This document shows, one piece after another, positions 18,117-27,716 of a stretch of DNA of 64,000 bases (the first letter of the stretch is position 1; every line of letters begins with the position of its first letter). The stretch comes from an uncultured delta proteobacterium. GTDB taxonomy: Bacteria; Desulfobacterota; DSM-4660; Desulfatiglandales; HGW-15. The stretch spans positions 178,860 to 242,859 of the forward strand of contig CAWFFS010000010.1 in the NCBI GenBank assembly GCA_963815145.1, given 5' to 3'. Position numbers and translations under genes: made by a program. The notes below the pieces were generated by a model, which searched no databases, was not told the origin of the DNA, and saw only the letters and a program-made list of their open reading frames with translations.

Positions 18117-19746
18117 CTATACAAACTCTATAAGTGAAGGATCATAATCCTCCACCTTTTCATATCCCAGGAGATTCAACAGGGTCGAGGCTACGTTTGA
18201 CAGGCCTTTTTCTTTCAGATCGGCCATTCTGTATTCACCCTTGTATTGCGGATCAAAAATAACAAACGGGACGGGGTTAAGGGTGTGCGCTGTCTTTACG
18301 CTCTTCTTCCCGTCCTTTCCAATGGAATACATAATATCCGCATTACCGTGATCTGCTGTCACCACGGCGATGCCTTCCATTTTTTCCACTGCATTGAGAA
18401 GCGCCCCGAGACATTTGTCAACTGTTTCAACTGCCGTTACTGCGGCATTCATTACACCGGTATGCCCTACCATGTCCCCATTGGCAAAATTAAGCCTTCC
18501 AAAACGATAGTCCCCTTCACTCATAAGTTTGATAACAGTGTCCTTTATCTCAAAGGCCTTCATTTCAGGTGCATGGTCAAACTCTATCCTGTCCGATGGT
18601 ATTTCTATATACTTTTCGAGTCTTTCATCTATATAACCGGACCTGTTCCCGTTCCAGAAATATGTAACATGACCGAATTTTTGCGTTTCGGATACGGCAA
18701 AGGATTTGACACCGGCAGCGCAGAGATATTCGCTGACAGTGCGATCAATGTCCGGAGGCCGGACCAGGAAATTCGGCGGGAGATGGGTATCACCGTCATA
18801 TTCCATCATTCCTGCATAGAGTATATCAGGAAGAGGCCCTCGCTCGAACTCGCTGAAATCCTTTTCAGTAAACGCCCTTGATATCTCTATTGCCCTGTCT
18901 CCTCTGAAATTGAAAAAAATTACCGAATCGCCATCCTTTACCGGGCCGACAGGATTATCGTTGCCATCCACCACGACAAAGGGATCAAGATACTGGTCTG
19001 TAATATGAGGATCTTCAGTATAATAGGTTTGTACTGCCTCCGATGCCGAATGAAATTTTCTTGCCTTTCCGAGTACATGTGCATCCCATCCTCTCTTTAC
19101 TATACTCCAGTCGGCATTGTACCTGTCCATGGTTACCTTCATCCGTCCACCGCCCGAGGCTATCGCATAATCCAGATTTTTATCCTTTCTGATCTTTTCC
19201 AGCCTTTCCTGGGTGGGGATTACATAATCGAGTGCGCTTTTTTCGCCCACATCTCTTCCGTCGAGAAGGACATGAACCCGAACTTTTTTAAATCCTGAGA
19301 CAGCACATTTGTCTATAAGGATATTAAGCTGATCGATATGTGAATGAACATTCCCGTCTGAAAGCAGCCCTATGAAATGGAGAGCCCCCCTTTTCCGAAC
19401 GAGCTGCTATCGTCTTCCATAATTTTGACTTAAAAACCTTTCCGGTTCGAAGGGCACTGTTTACAAGGCTTGCGCCCTGTTCAAAGACTCTTCCGGCACC
19501 AAGGGCATTGTGACCTACTTCGCTGTTGCCCATATCACCATCACTCGGAAGACCTACGGCCCTGCCATGCGCATTCAGTTGCGTATAGTACTTTGTTTTT
19601 AATAATTTTTTCAACACAGGTGCATTGGCAAGATAAACGGCGTTGCTGTCATCATCTTTTCCAATGCCAATACCGTCCATTATGATCAGGAGCAGAGGCC
19701 CTTTTCTGCCACTGAAGTTTTTTAAGGATTTCAATTCTAATGACAT
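18117..19746 (-). CDS. gpmI: 2,3-bisphosphoglycerate-independent phosphoglycerate mutase, frame broken in a C6/G6 run (fragments 19324..19746 and 18117..19250)
   Basis: N-terminal fragment has 'LLLIIMDGIGIG' and 'GNSEVGHNALGAGR'. After G6 (19385-19390) the adjacent frame reads 'ALHFIGLLSDGNVHSHIDQL...VHVLLDGRDV', continuous with the 377-aa ORF ('ADHGNAD'). Confidence 0.92.
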
Positions 19747-20026
19747 TTTGTACTCCGGGTGGTTTGATTTTAAAAAGGGATGTTACGATAAAACATTGAA
19801 AATGGTCAAGCAATGATTCAGAAACATCCGGAAAAACAGAATGTCAAAATAATGTCGTTATGTTAAATGAATCGTAAGTCCTTTTACCTGATTATTTACA
19901 GGATAGGAAACATTCGTCCCATGTGAAACAGCCTTTTTAAATAAAATTAAGAGGAGCCCATATTACTCACAGATAACATACCGATAATATTACATTATAT
20001 CCCCAATAACAGTAAATCGGATTTAT

Positions 20027-20068
20027 AAAAAAAGACCCCGTCAGGGCAACCCTGACAGGGTCTTTTTT
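20027..20068 (-). terminator. intrinsic terminator downstream of the 25883->20156 minus-strand operon (hairpin usable on both strands)
   Basis: AAAAAAA-GACCCCGTCAGGG-caac-CCTGACAGGGTC-TTTTTT. The stem is 12 bp with one mismatch and has A/T runs on both sides. Confidence 0.65.
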
Positions 20069-20155
20069 CAGAGATCAGGAATGAAGTAAGGAGGGAGACT
20101 CCATTTCCTTATATTTATTATTGCAATTTTAATACCAGCCGGGAAATGCTTTTGA

Positions 20156-21298
20156 TCACAGACTTACAGTAAAAAGATTTTCAGACATCTTCTTGATTTT
20201 ATTAATATTTATATCCACTCCGAGTCCGACACCCATTAAGGGGTATGCCTTTCCCCCATAGCCAAATGATACATCACTGTCAGTAATATTTTCAGCCAGA
20301 AGCAGATTGTCATATGACCCGTCATAATAAACCGAGTCATTTGAAAGCAGGTTGAGTATACGCCCTGCAGACGACAGCAGTCCTGATTCCCCAAGCTGGC
20401 AGCCTATCTGGAATTTCATTTTTGAGTTCCGGATATAATTAATCATCGAAAGTGAACGCCTCAACCCGCCGCACTTTGAAACCCTTATATTTATCATCTG
20501 GTAATGCCTGTTTTCATTCAAAAGATATAAATCATCAAGGGTGCAGGCTGACTCATCTGCCATAAGATCTATATTGTATTTTTTTGTTTCACTGCTCAGT
20601 TTCTCGATATCGGGGTCTTCCGGAGACATCGGCTGCTCAAGGATTTTTACTTTATAATCGTTTATCAGCTCTATATGCCTTAGGCCTGTTTCATATGTCC
20701 ATACCCCGTTTACATCGGCCTTCAGGTCATACCCATCATGAAAAATCCTGTCCACCGCAGTGAGAAGCATCTGGTTATGAGAATAATCTCTTCCCAGTTT
20801 AAGTTTCAGTTTATTGATGCCCAGGCTTTTTATCTTCCTGCATACATGATTCACCAGTTCCTCCGTCCCAAGCGGAATAGCGGCGCCATAACTGATGGAA
20901 TCGGTGTAATAATCCTTTGCGAACAGATCCAGCACCCGTTTTTTTTCAGATCTTGCATAGGCATCCAGTAAGGACATTTCCAGTGCGCATATGGAGGCAT
21001 TCATTCCTCTTGTGGAGGGAAGAGCATCGATCAGGCGCCAAATCTGATCCACAGTCTCCAATTCCCATGGGAAATCTTCTCTGCCTGTCAGATACCTGAT
21101 GTTTTCTTCTGCAGTTTCCAGGGTCTCACCGGTTACATAGGGCCTCGGAGCACCCTCTCCGCAACCTAATACTTCTCCTTTTTCATTGACCAGAATTACT
21201 ACAATATTCCTGACCCATAACCGTTTCCTGAGTGAATGTGAAAATTCTCCTGCGAAAGGCAGAATGACCCTTGCGATAATTGCTTTTTTAATTCGCAT
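20156..21298 (-). CDS. enolase-superfamily enzyme, MLE subgroup (dipeptide epimerase / N-acylamino-acid racemase / OSBS-like)
   Basis: Catalytic and metal motifs in order: 'KLKLKLG' (KxK), 'DVNGVW', 'ILEQPM', 'LMADES', 'NIRVSKCGG'. Confidence 0.75.
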   Translation of the reverse strand: MRIKKAIIARVILPFAGEFSHSLRKRLWVRNIVVILVNEKGEVLGCGEGAPRPYVTGETLETAEENIRYLTGREDFPWELETVDQIWRLIDALPSTRGMNASICALEMSLLDAYARSEKKRVLDLFAKDYYTDSISYGAAIPLGTEELVNHVCRKIKSLGINKLKLKLGRDYSHNQMLLTAVDRIFHDGYDLKADVNGVWTYETGLRHIELINDYKVKILEQPMSPEDPDIEKLSSETKKYNIDLMADESACTLDDLYLLNENRHYQMINIRVSKCGGLRRSLSMINYIRNSKMKFQIGCQLGESGLLSSAGRILNLLSNDSVYYDGSYDNLLLAENITDSDVSFGYGGKAYPLMGVGLGVDININKIKKMSENLFTVSL

Positions 21299-23300
21299 TT
21301 AAAAACGGGCTCCCCGGATTGTTTTGAACATCCTGCGGATGAACGGGCAGATCAATAATGAATTTTGCCCCTTCATTCACTTTACTTTTCACCTCTATCG
21401 TTCCGCAATGGTCCTGTATATTCTGGTGAACAATGAAAAGTCCCAGCCCTGTCCCGCTGTGATCCGTGCTCTTATATTTTGTTGAAAAGTATGGATCGAA
21501 TATTTTATTGAGCAGGTTCTCCGGTATCCCTTCACCACTGTCCTCAACTATTATGCGGATACCTAGTCCGTTTTTCATTTCTGCGTTTCTTTTTGTGGTT
21601 ATTTTTATCAATCCGTGTTCAGGTGTAAATTCCACTGCATTGGAGAGGAGATTTAATATCACCTGTTTGATTTTTTCGGAATCAATCCATACCTCTTTTA
21701 TCAACGGATCAAAATCCTTTTCTACCCTGATCTTTTTAACATTGCTCTTTGGAGAAACAAGAAGAACCATCTTTGCTATTATTTCATGCAGATTATTTGA
21801 TTCAAACCTGGATTCTCTGGTATTTACCAGATCAAGAAGCTCGGAAATCAGGTCATTGACCCTCTCTGTTTCCTCAAGGGCAATCTTGTGAAAATTTACC
21901 CTGTATTCCTCATCATCCAGTTTATAGGGCAGCAACTGTATGAATGTACCGATGGCTGTCATGGGGTTTTTGATTTCATGTGCCAGCCTTGCCGCCAGAT
22001 CACCTAAAAACGCCAGCTTTTCGGCTCTGCTCAAGAGTGCGTGAGAGCGCTTGAGTTCCAGCATCTGTTCCTGAAGCTGCCTGTATAGCCTGGCATTTTC
22101 AATGGCTATCGCTATCTGTGGTGAAAAAATTTCCAGGGTCCGGCGTGTTTCTATTGGCACACCATCCACTTCAAGGGAATCTGTCGCAATAACACCAATA
22201 ACCTTTGCCCGTGTGATCAGGGGGACTACGTGGACGGCACGGGACTTTCCATAGCTCAGTACTATGTTCTCTTTTCGAAGACTTGAGTTATTAACATCCG
22301 GGATGTATTCCGCTTTCCCTGAGTTGGTGACCCTTACGAGCATGTTGTTGACCCTGTGCAGGGGTATCTGATATTTCATTATTTCATCAGGGATTTCACC
22401 GTCGAACCCTGTTGCATGAAGATATTCAAGACAGCCTTGCTGCCCATTTACAAGGAGTATCAACGCCCTTCGTATCCTGCACACATTTGACAATGTGTTC
22501 ATTATTACTGTTAAGAGATCATCCAGATTCAATACTGAAAGGATAGCCTTGCCTGTCTCCTGTATGGCCTGGAGCTGTTTTATTTTATTGTTCAGGTCGA
22601 CATTAAGCGTGTTTACTTCTTCAAATTTTTGTTCAATGACCTGTTTGTCTCTTTCCATCTCTTTGATAGTCTCATTGAGCACTGATTTGGATGAAAAGAA
22701 TCTCGAAAAAAATATTTTAACATTGTTCTGAGAAGACCATTTCAGATGATACTCGCAATAGGGATCACCATTGAAAAAACATCTCTTTTCTTCTAGGGAT
22801 ATGGGCGAACCTCCCCAGATGAGCGGAATGTAGCTGTATGATCCCTGGTTATAAAGGCATATGTCCTTTGAAACCTCCATCCCCGGTGTCCAGTGAAGCC
22901 TCACAACAGCGTTGTTATTGTTTAATTCGACAAGTTGAACCTTTTTATTTCTGTTCCATTTGTCATTAATCCGCTGCAGGTTTTTTAAACCTTTTTTGAT
23001 CGTCCAGAAGGCCTTTACTATTATCCTCTGACCGTATCCGAGACGAAAGTTCTCAGCTGCGTATCTCGCTATATGAAACGCGGTCAGATCATCCTTAAAA
23101 AATATTCTTGCCCTTTCATATAATTTTGCTGCAATCGAGCACGAAATCCAGTTTGCTTCATCACATAAGTAGGATTCTGCATCAGGAAGCGAATCTATTT
23201 CAGGATCAAGGTCCTTCAGCATGTATTCCAGATCGCCGCTGTTAGTTTTTACATAGTTGATAATGGCCCTGGAATTTATGCAGCTGACTTCTTTTTTCAT
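21288..23300 (-). CDS. sensor histidine kinase (unknown N-terminal sensor domain, coiled coil, GAF, HisKA, HATPase)
   Basis: H-box 'LAARLAHEIKNPMTAI'. ATPase 'NLLSNAVEFTP...VEDSGEGIP...GTGLGLFIV'. GAF-like 'LDDLLTVIMNTLSNV...VVPLITRAKVIGVIATDS'. Confidence 0.85.
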   Translation of the reverse strand: MKKEVSCINSRAIINYVKTNSGDLEYMLKDLDPEIDSLPDAESYLCDEANWISCSIAAKLYERARIFFKDDLTAFHIARYAAENFRLGYGQRIIVKAFWTIKKGLKNLQRINDKWNRNKKVQLVELNNNNAVVRLHWTPGMEVSKDICLYNQGSYSYIPLIWGGSPISLEEKRCFFNGDPYCEYHLKWSSQNNVKIFFSRFFSSKSVLNETIKEMERDKQVIEQKFEEVNTLNVDLNNKIKQLQAIQETGKAILSVLNLDDLLTVIMNTLSNVCRIRRALILLVNGQQGCLEYLHATGFDGEIPDEIMKYQIPLHRVNNMLVRVTNSGKAEYIPDVNNSSLRKENIVLSYGKSRAVHVVPLITRAKVIGVIATDSLEVDGVPIETRRTLEIFSPQIAIAIENARLYRQLQEQMLELKRSHALLSRAEKLAFLGDLAARLAHEIKNPMTAIGTFIQLLPYKLDDEEYRVNFHKIALEETERVNDLISELLDLVNTRESRFESNNLHEIIAKMVLLVSPKSNVKKIRVEKDFDPLIKEVWIDSEKIKQVILNLLSNAVEFTPEHGLIKITTKRNAEMKNGLGIRIIVEDSGEGIPENLLNKIFDPYFSTKYKSTDHSGTGLGLFIVHQNIQDHCGTIEVKSKVNEGAKFIIDLPVHPQDVQNNPGSPFLNAN

Positions 23301-23320
23301 ATAACGATGCCTTTTACAGA

Positions 23321-24916
23321 TTACAGATTTAAAACCCTGCTGCTCCTCCGGCCTGATAATTCGTCTTTTTTCGCCTTTCTCAGGATGGAAAGAAAACCCC
23401 TCAATAAATCCAGGTTATCTCCATTTACTTTAATGATATTTCTCTCCCCGTCTTTATAGCAACTATCGGGTATAACAGGGTCAAATAATGATGATGCCGG
23501 CAGTCTGAAAAACGGTACCATTTTCAAAAAAGCCGTCTGTAATTTTTCTGTATTATTGGACAGCCTGTAAATTTTGTCGATATAGGACATGACCGTCTCA
23601 AAGGTAAGATCCCTGGATGGTTTCCTCACAACATTCTGCCCGAATACCGTATCATCATCAAATACTACATCAGGTAATGATATCGCCAGGTCATGTATTT
23701 TTGTTTTGGGATAAACATGACATTCTCCGACCTTGAAGACATGCCCTGCCCTGCCGCTGAACTCCGTGAGTTTTTTTGCAAAATTATAGCTTTCTGCCAG
23801 ATCGTCTTCCGTATCGCCAGGATAACCCGCAATCATAAAAATCATCAGGGGAATTTCATATTCGGCCGCCTTTTTGAATATGGCCAGAGTATTGCTCAGA
23901 TATCTTTCATAATGCGCCCGGTCTTTTATCTTATTCATTCTGCGCAGGGTATTATAGCTTGCGGATTCGAAACCAAGCACAAGGGTTCCGCATACATCAT
24001 GGATTTCCGGGATTATCTCGGGATCAAAAACATCACATCGTGTTTCAAAGTGGATCTTCATTCCGAGTTTCCTGATAGCCGGCACAAGATCAAAGGACCT
24101 GAACAATGCATCGCACACTACTATGTCTTTTGCCCTGCAATGATCGGCAAGATTTCTCAGATCCGACTCAATAATCTCTGATGGTACAGCTTTTCTGGAA
24201 GGTCTGATATAATCTTCCATGCAAAAATTACACCTGTAAGAGCATCCCCGGCTGAAAGAATACGGAAGGACATCATAGGCCGCAGGATTTTTTAACAGGG
24301 TCAGGTCGAGGGGCGCCTTGTCATTTAAATCGAATCTTTCGCTATTATGTGTAAAAACCAAGGTTTCATTATCCTTCCATACAAGTCCGGATATTTTTTT
24401 ATCTCTGGGATCTCTGCCGCTCGTCAGTCTTTCAATTATCTTCAGCGCAGGTATCTCACCCTCTCCCCTTACAATAAGATCAACCGCATCCGTCCTTTGG
24501 AAAATATCTTCATAATAAAGCGTAGGAAAATATCCGCCCAGAAATAAAAATATTTCAGGGTTGTTCTTTTTAATAATTTCACACAAATGAACACTTTCTT
24601 CTGCCTGTGATATGGCAGTACATGAAATGCCGATTCCTGCGGGTTTGAGCAGTGATATATCCTCAAGTAATTCATCATATATTCTATCTTTACCACTTTT
24701 GTTTAAGGGAAGCCCATAATCCATTGGAATTGATATAACTTTTATATCGATATCAGGATTATTCTTTTTGACATAACCGGCAATTTCCAGAAGTGGAAGA
24801 GGATAAGCCGGGACATACATACCTATGTTTTTTGAAACCGGTTCCAGAAGCAGTATCAAAATATACTCCTTTCCTTTATAGGGGTTATCTCCATGACGAT
24901 CAGACATGCCTTTCAA
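23321..24916 (-). CDS. B12-binding domain-containing radical SAM protein
   Basis: The N-terminal Rossmann-like B12-binding region precedes 'SRGCSYRCNFCMED' (CxxxCxxC). Confidence 0.8.
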   Translation of the reverse strand: MKGMSDRHGDNPYKGKEYILILLLEPVSKNIGMYVPAYPLPLLEIAGYVKKNNPDIDIKVISIPMDYGLPLNKSGKDRIYDELLEDISLLKPAGIGISCTAISQAEESVHLCEIIKKNNPEIFLFLGGYFPTLYYEDIFQRTDAVDLIVRGEGEIPALKIIERLTSGRDPRDKKISGLVWKDNETLVFTHNSERFDLNDKAPLDLTLLKNPAAYDVLPYSFSRGCSYRCNFCMEDYIRPSRKAVPSEIIESDLRNLADHCRAKDIVVCDALFRSFDLVPAIRKLGMKIHFETRCDVFDPEIIPEIHDVCGTLVLGFESASYNTLRRMNKIKDRAHYERYLSNTLAIFKKAAEYEIPLMIFMIAGYPGDTEDDLAESYNFAKKLTEFSGRAGHVFKVGECHVYPKTKIHDLAISLPDVVFDDDTVFGQNVVRKPSRDLTFETVMSYIDKIYRLSNNTEKLQTAFLKMVPFFRLPASSLFDPVIPDSCYKDGERNIIKVNGDNLDLLRGFLSILRKAKKDELSGRRSSRVLNL

Positions 24917-25883
24917 GCAGAGGCCGTAAAACCGGTCCTGCTGTACCTCTTATTGTTGCAGGCGCCCTGAATGATCGGGAACCGCACAATTGAGGATATT
25001 TTTTCCACTGGTACCATTGCTCCGGATAGTGATATATGAACTGCTCAAGCACCTTAAGGACTGCCTCGCCTGTTGTAATGGAATTACTGCTGCTAATCAT
25101 CCTCAGCATATCATCATGGGAATACACTATCAATTCATACTTGGAAAGGCTGTATCTGTGAATTACTCCAAATAACACTTCGGCACCCGATCTTTTCTGC
25201 ATTATATTAATAGTCCTGTCCAGGCCTGTAATCTGCCCGAGAAATGTTGTCCTTTTCCTGTCCGAAGGCCTCCACTCATCTATCTCGTCACACTGGGTCA
25301 CAAGGACACGGTTTTCCTTTAATTCCGATATGGCATGATGAAATACATTTCCGGATTTTTCAGCATCAATCATTTTTATATTATATTTTTCGGCCTGGGC
25401 AAAAACTTTTTTTCGCAATTGAGCGGTCTTAAATCTGGCTATCATTGATATATTTATATTTTTAATTGCAAGCAGTGTCGGGATAAACTCAATGGCTCCG
25501 TAATGACCGGTTATGAGAATAACGCCCCTGCCATTTAAAAGGGCTTTTTTTATCAGGGCCAGATCGTTACATATAACACTGGAAGACAGGAAGCCTGTAG
25601 CCTTTCTTTTGCTTTCAAAGGCAATATAAAGCTTCTCATAATAATGATAAAGGATTCCATTAAAAACCCTTTTGAGAGTCTTATCCCTGTCATCATCGTT
25701 CCTTATCATACGCATGACCTCAAGGACTGATTTTTCTATGACCTGTTTTTCACGGTTCTTTATGAAGAAATAGATCCTGCCCAAAAAAAATATATAAAAC
25801 CTTGCCAGTTTCCATCCAAACACCATATAAAGAAAAATGTTAACTCTCGCCTGTAAAAAATTACTCAATCTAAAAATTCTCAT
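24900..25883 (-). CDS. lysophospholipid acyltransferase family protein (LpxL/HtrB-like lipid A biosynthesis acyltransferase fold)
   Basis: N-terminal TM helix. 'ITGHYGAIE' (HX4D/E acyltransferase motif). C-terminal 'YPEQWYQWKKY' resembles the LpxL 'PEQY.W.H.R.K' tail. Confidence 0.7.
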   Translation of the reverse strand: MRIFRLSNFLQARVNIFLYMVFGWKLARFYIFFLGRIYFFIKNREKQVIEKSVLEVMRMIRNDDDRDKTLKRVFNGILYHYYEKLYIAFESKRKATGFLSSSVICNDLALIKKALLNGRGVILITGHYGAIEFIPTLLAIKNINISMIARFKTAQLRKKVFAQAEKYNIKMIDAEKSGNVFHHAISELKENRVLVTQCDEIDEWRPSDRKRTTFLGQITGLDRTINIMQKRSGAEVLFGVIHRYSLSKYELIVYSHDDMLRMISSSNSITTGEAVLKVLEQFIYHYPEQWYQWKKYPQLCGSRSFRAPATIRGTAGPVLRPLLERHV

Positions 25884-25936
25884 GGTTCCCCCCCCTGTCT
25901 GCTGTCAAAATATCAAGGACCAGCTGGAAATATTAT

Positions 25937-25952
25937 GTCAATATTTATGCCA
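25937..25952 (-). promoter_or_regulatory. candidate sigma-54 (-24/-12) promoter for the acyltransferase operon (imperfect)
   Basis: The minus strand reads TGGCATaaataTTGAC. The -24 TGGCAT and the spacing are correct, but the -12 element is GA instead of the conserved GC. It lies 55 nt upstream of the start at 25883. Confidence 0.3.
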
Positions 25953-26110
25953 AAACATTTTTTACTTGTATTTATTTATTCCTGAGATCCTCTGCATACT
26001 GAGCAACATTATATCTATTTAATTTTGTTAGCTTTTACCAAAGATCAAGAATTCATATGCTTTTATAAGTTATTCAGCCCCGGAGATTTTTTTTAAAAAA
26101 TGGGATAAAA

Positions 26111-26149
26111 TGCACAAATTTTTGTGCACGCTGCACATTTTTATGTGCA
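26111..26149. promoter_or_regulatory. tandem palindromic operator/UAS pair (TGCACA-N6-TGTGCA x2)
   Basis: TGCACAaattttTGTGCA (26111-26128) and TGCACAtttttaTGTGCA (26132-26149), with centres 21 bp apart. The same arrangement recurs at 38038-38077. Confidence 0.55.
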
Positions 26150-26358
26150 AAAAACCTGATTTTTTTATAATATGAAGATTAGCTGTTCTATAATTTTTGA
26201 TTTTTTTAATCATATAATTTGCGTTCAAGTTAGAATTAGCCTAGATTATTGTTTAAGTTAATTGTATACAGTCAAAATGTATTTAAAAAATGTTTAATTC
26301 CTACCTGAACCCAGCAATTGCATTTGATTATTTTTTTTACCGGAAAGGAAAACTTTTA

Positions 26359-27699
26359 ATGGGTAATAAAGCCTCCATACTTGTTGTCGATGATGAATAC
26401 GGCGTTCTGCAATCATTTAAAATGGTATTGGGCTCGGAATATAATATATTTCTCGCCGAGACAGGTGAAAAGGCGGTAAGAATATTTTCCGAAAACGCAA
26501 TTGACCTGATATTGCTTGATATCATCCTGCCGGATTCCAATGGCATTGATCTATTGAAAAAATTCAAGGAAACCGATCCTGATACAGAGGTCATCATGGT
26601 AACAGCTGTAAAAGAGGTAAAAACTGCCGTAGAAGCCATGAGATTCGGTGCATATGATTATATTGTCAAACCTTTTGTTGTTGAAGATATTATCAACATA
26701 ATAAACAGGGTACTGGAAAAGCACCGTTTGCAGAGGGAGGTTACATATCTCAAGGATGAACTGGAAAGATTTCAGCCATTTGAAAAGATTGTGGGGCAGG
26801 ACCCTAAGATGCTGGAAATTTTTGAATTGATATCCACCATAGCCGAAAGCGATGGAGCAGTATTGATACAGGGAGAAAGCGGCACGGGCAAAGAGCTGGT
26901 AGCAAGGGCGGTCCACAGGCTTGGTGCAAGAAAAAATCAACCCTTTGTGGTCATTAATTGCGCGGCAATTCCGGCAACTCTTATGGAGAGTGAAATTTTC
27001 GGCCATAATAAAGGGGCTTTTACCGGTGCATCGGCATTAAAGATAGGAAAACTGGAAATAGCCAACAAGGGGATTGTATTTTTAGATGATGTGGATACAC
27101 TTGACATAGGAATGCAGGCAAAATTGTTAAGGGTCATCCAGGAGAAAGAATTCGAAAGACTTGGCAGCACCAAGCTTATCCGGATAAATGTTCGTTTTAT
27201 AGCAGCATCAAATAAAAACCTTAAACACCTTGCCGAAACAGGACTGTTTCGTGAGGATCTTTTTTACAGGCTTAACGTATTTCCAGTTGAAATTCCGCCC
27301 CTCAGAGAGAGACGGGGAGATATCCGTCTATTGCTCGATCATTTTCTGAACCTTTATTCCAAACAGAATGGAAAACCCTTAAAGAAATTCTCAAACAGTG
27401 CAGCAAAGCTCCTTACAGATCATTATGAATGGCCGGGTAATGTTCGTGAGCTTCAAAACCTTGTGGAACGACTTGCTACCATTACCAGGGGAAATGTGAT
27501 CTTCCCTAAAAACATTTCGAATTTCAGCATCAATAAAAAGGAAATCAGGGATGTACCTCTGAAAGATGCTGTCGATATCTTTGAAAAAGAATTTATAGAT
27601 GATGTATTGAAACGGGTAAGAGGCAGCAAGAAGGATGCCGCACGTATCCTGGGAATACATCGTAATACGCTTCAAAAGAAATTGACTGGCCAGACGTAA
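26359..27699 (+). CDS. sigma-54-dependent Fis-family response regulator (NtrC-type bEBP)
   Basis: REC 'ILVVDDEYG...DLILLDIILPDSNG'. AAA+ Walker A 'GESGTGKE'. 'GAFTGA' sigma-54 contact loop. C-terminal HTH 'AARILGIHRNTLQKKL'. Start taken at 'MGNKASILVVDD'. Confidence 0.92.
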   Translation: MGNKASILVVDDEYGVLQSFKMVLGSEYNIFLAETGEKAVRIFSENAIDLILLDIILPDSNGIDLLKKFKETDPDTEVIMVTAVKEVKTAVEAMRFGAYDYIVKPFVVEDIINIINRVLEKHRLQREVTYLKDELERFQPFEKIVGQDPKMLEIFELISTIAESDGAVLIQGESGTGKELVARAVHRLGARKNQPFVVINCAAIPATLMESEIFGHNKGAFTGASALKIGKLEIANKGIVFLDDVDTLDIGMQAKLLRVIQEKEFERLGSTKLIRINVRFIAASNKNLKHLAETGLFREDLFYRLNVFPVEIPPLRERRGDIRLLLDHFLNLYSKQNGKPLKKFSNSAAKLLTDHYEWPGNVRELQNLVERLATITRGNVIFPKNISNFSINKKEIRDVPLKDAVDIFEKEFIDDVLKRVRGSKKDAARILGIHRNTLQKKLTGQT

Positions 27700-27716
27700 A
27701 ATTATACATTTCGTGA

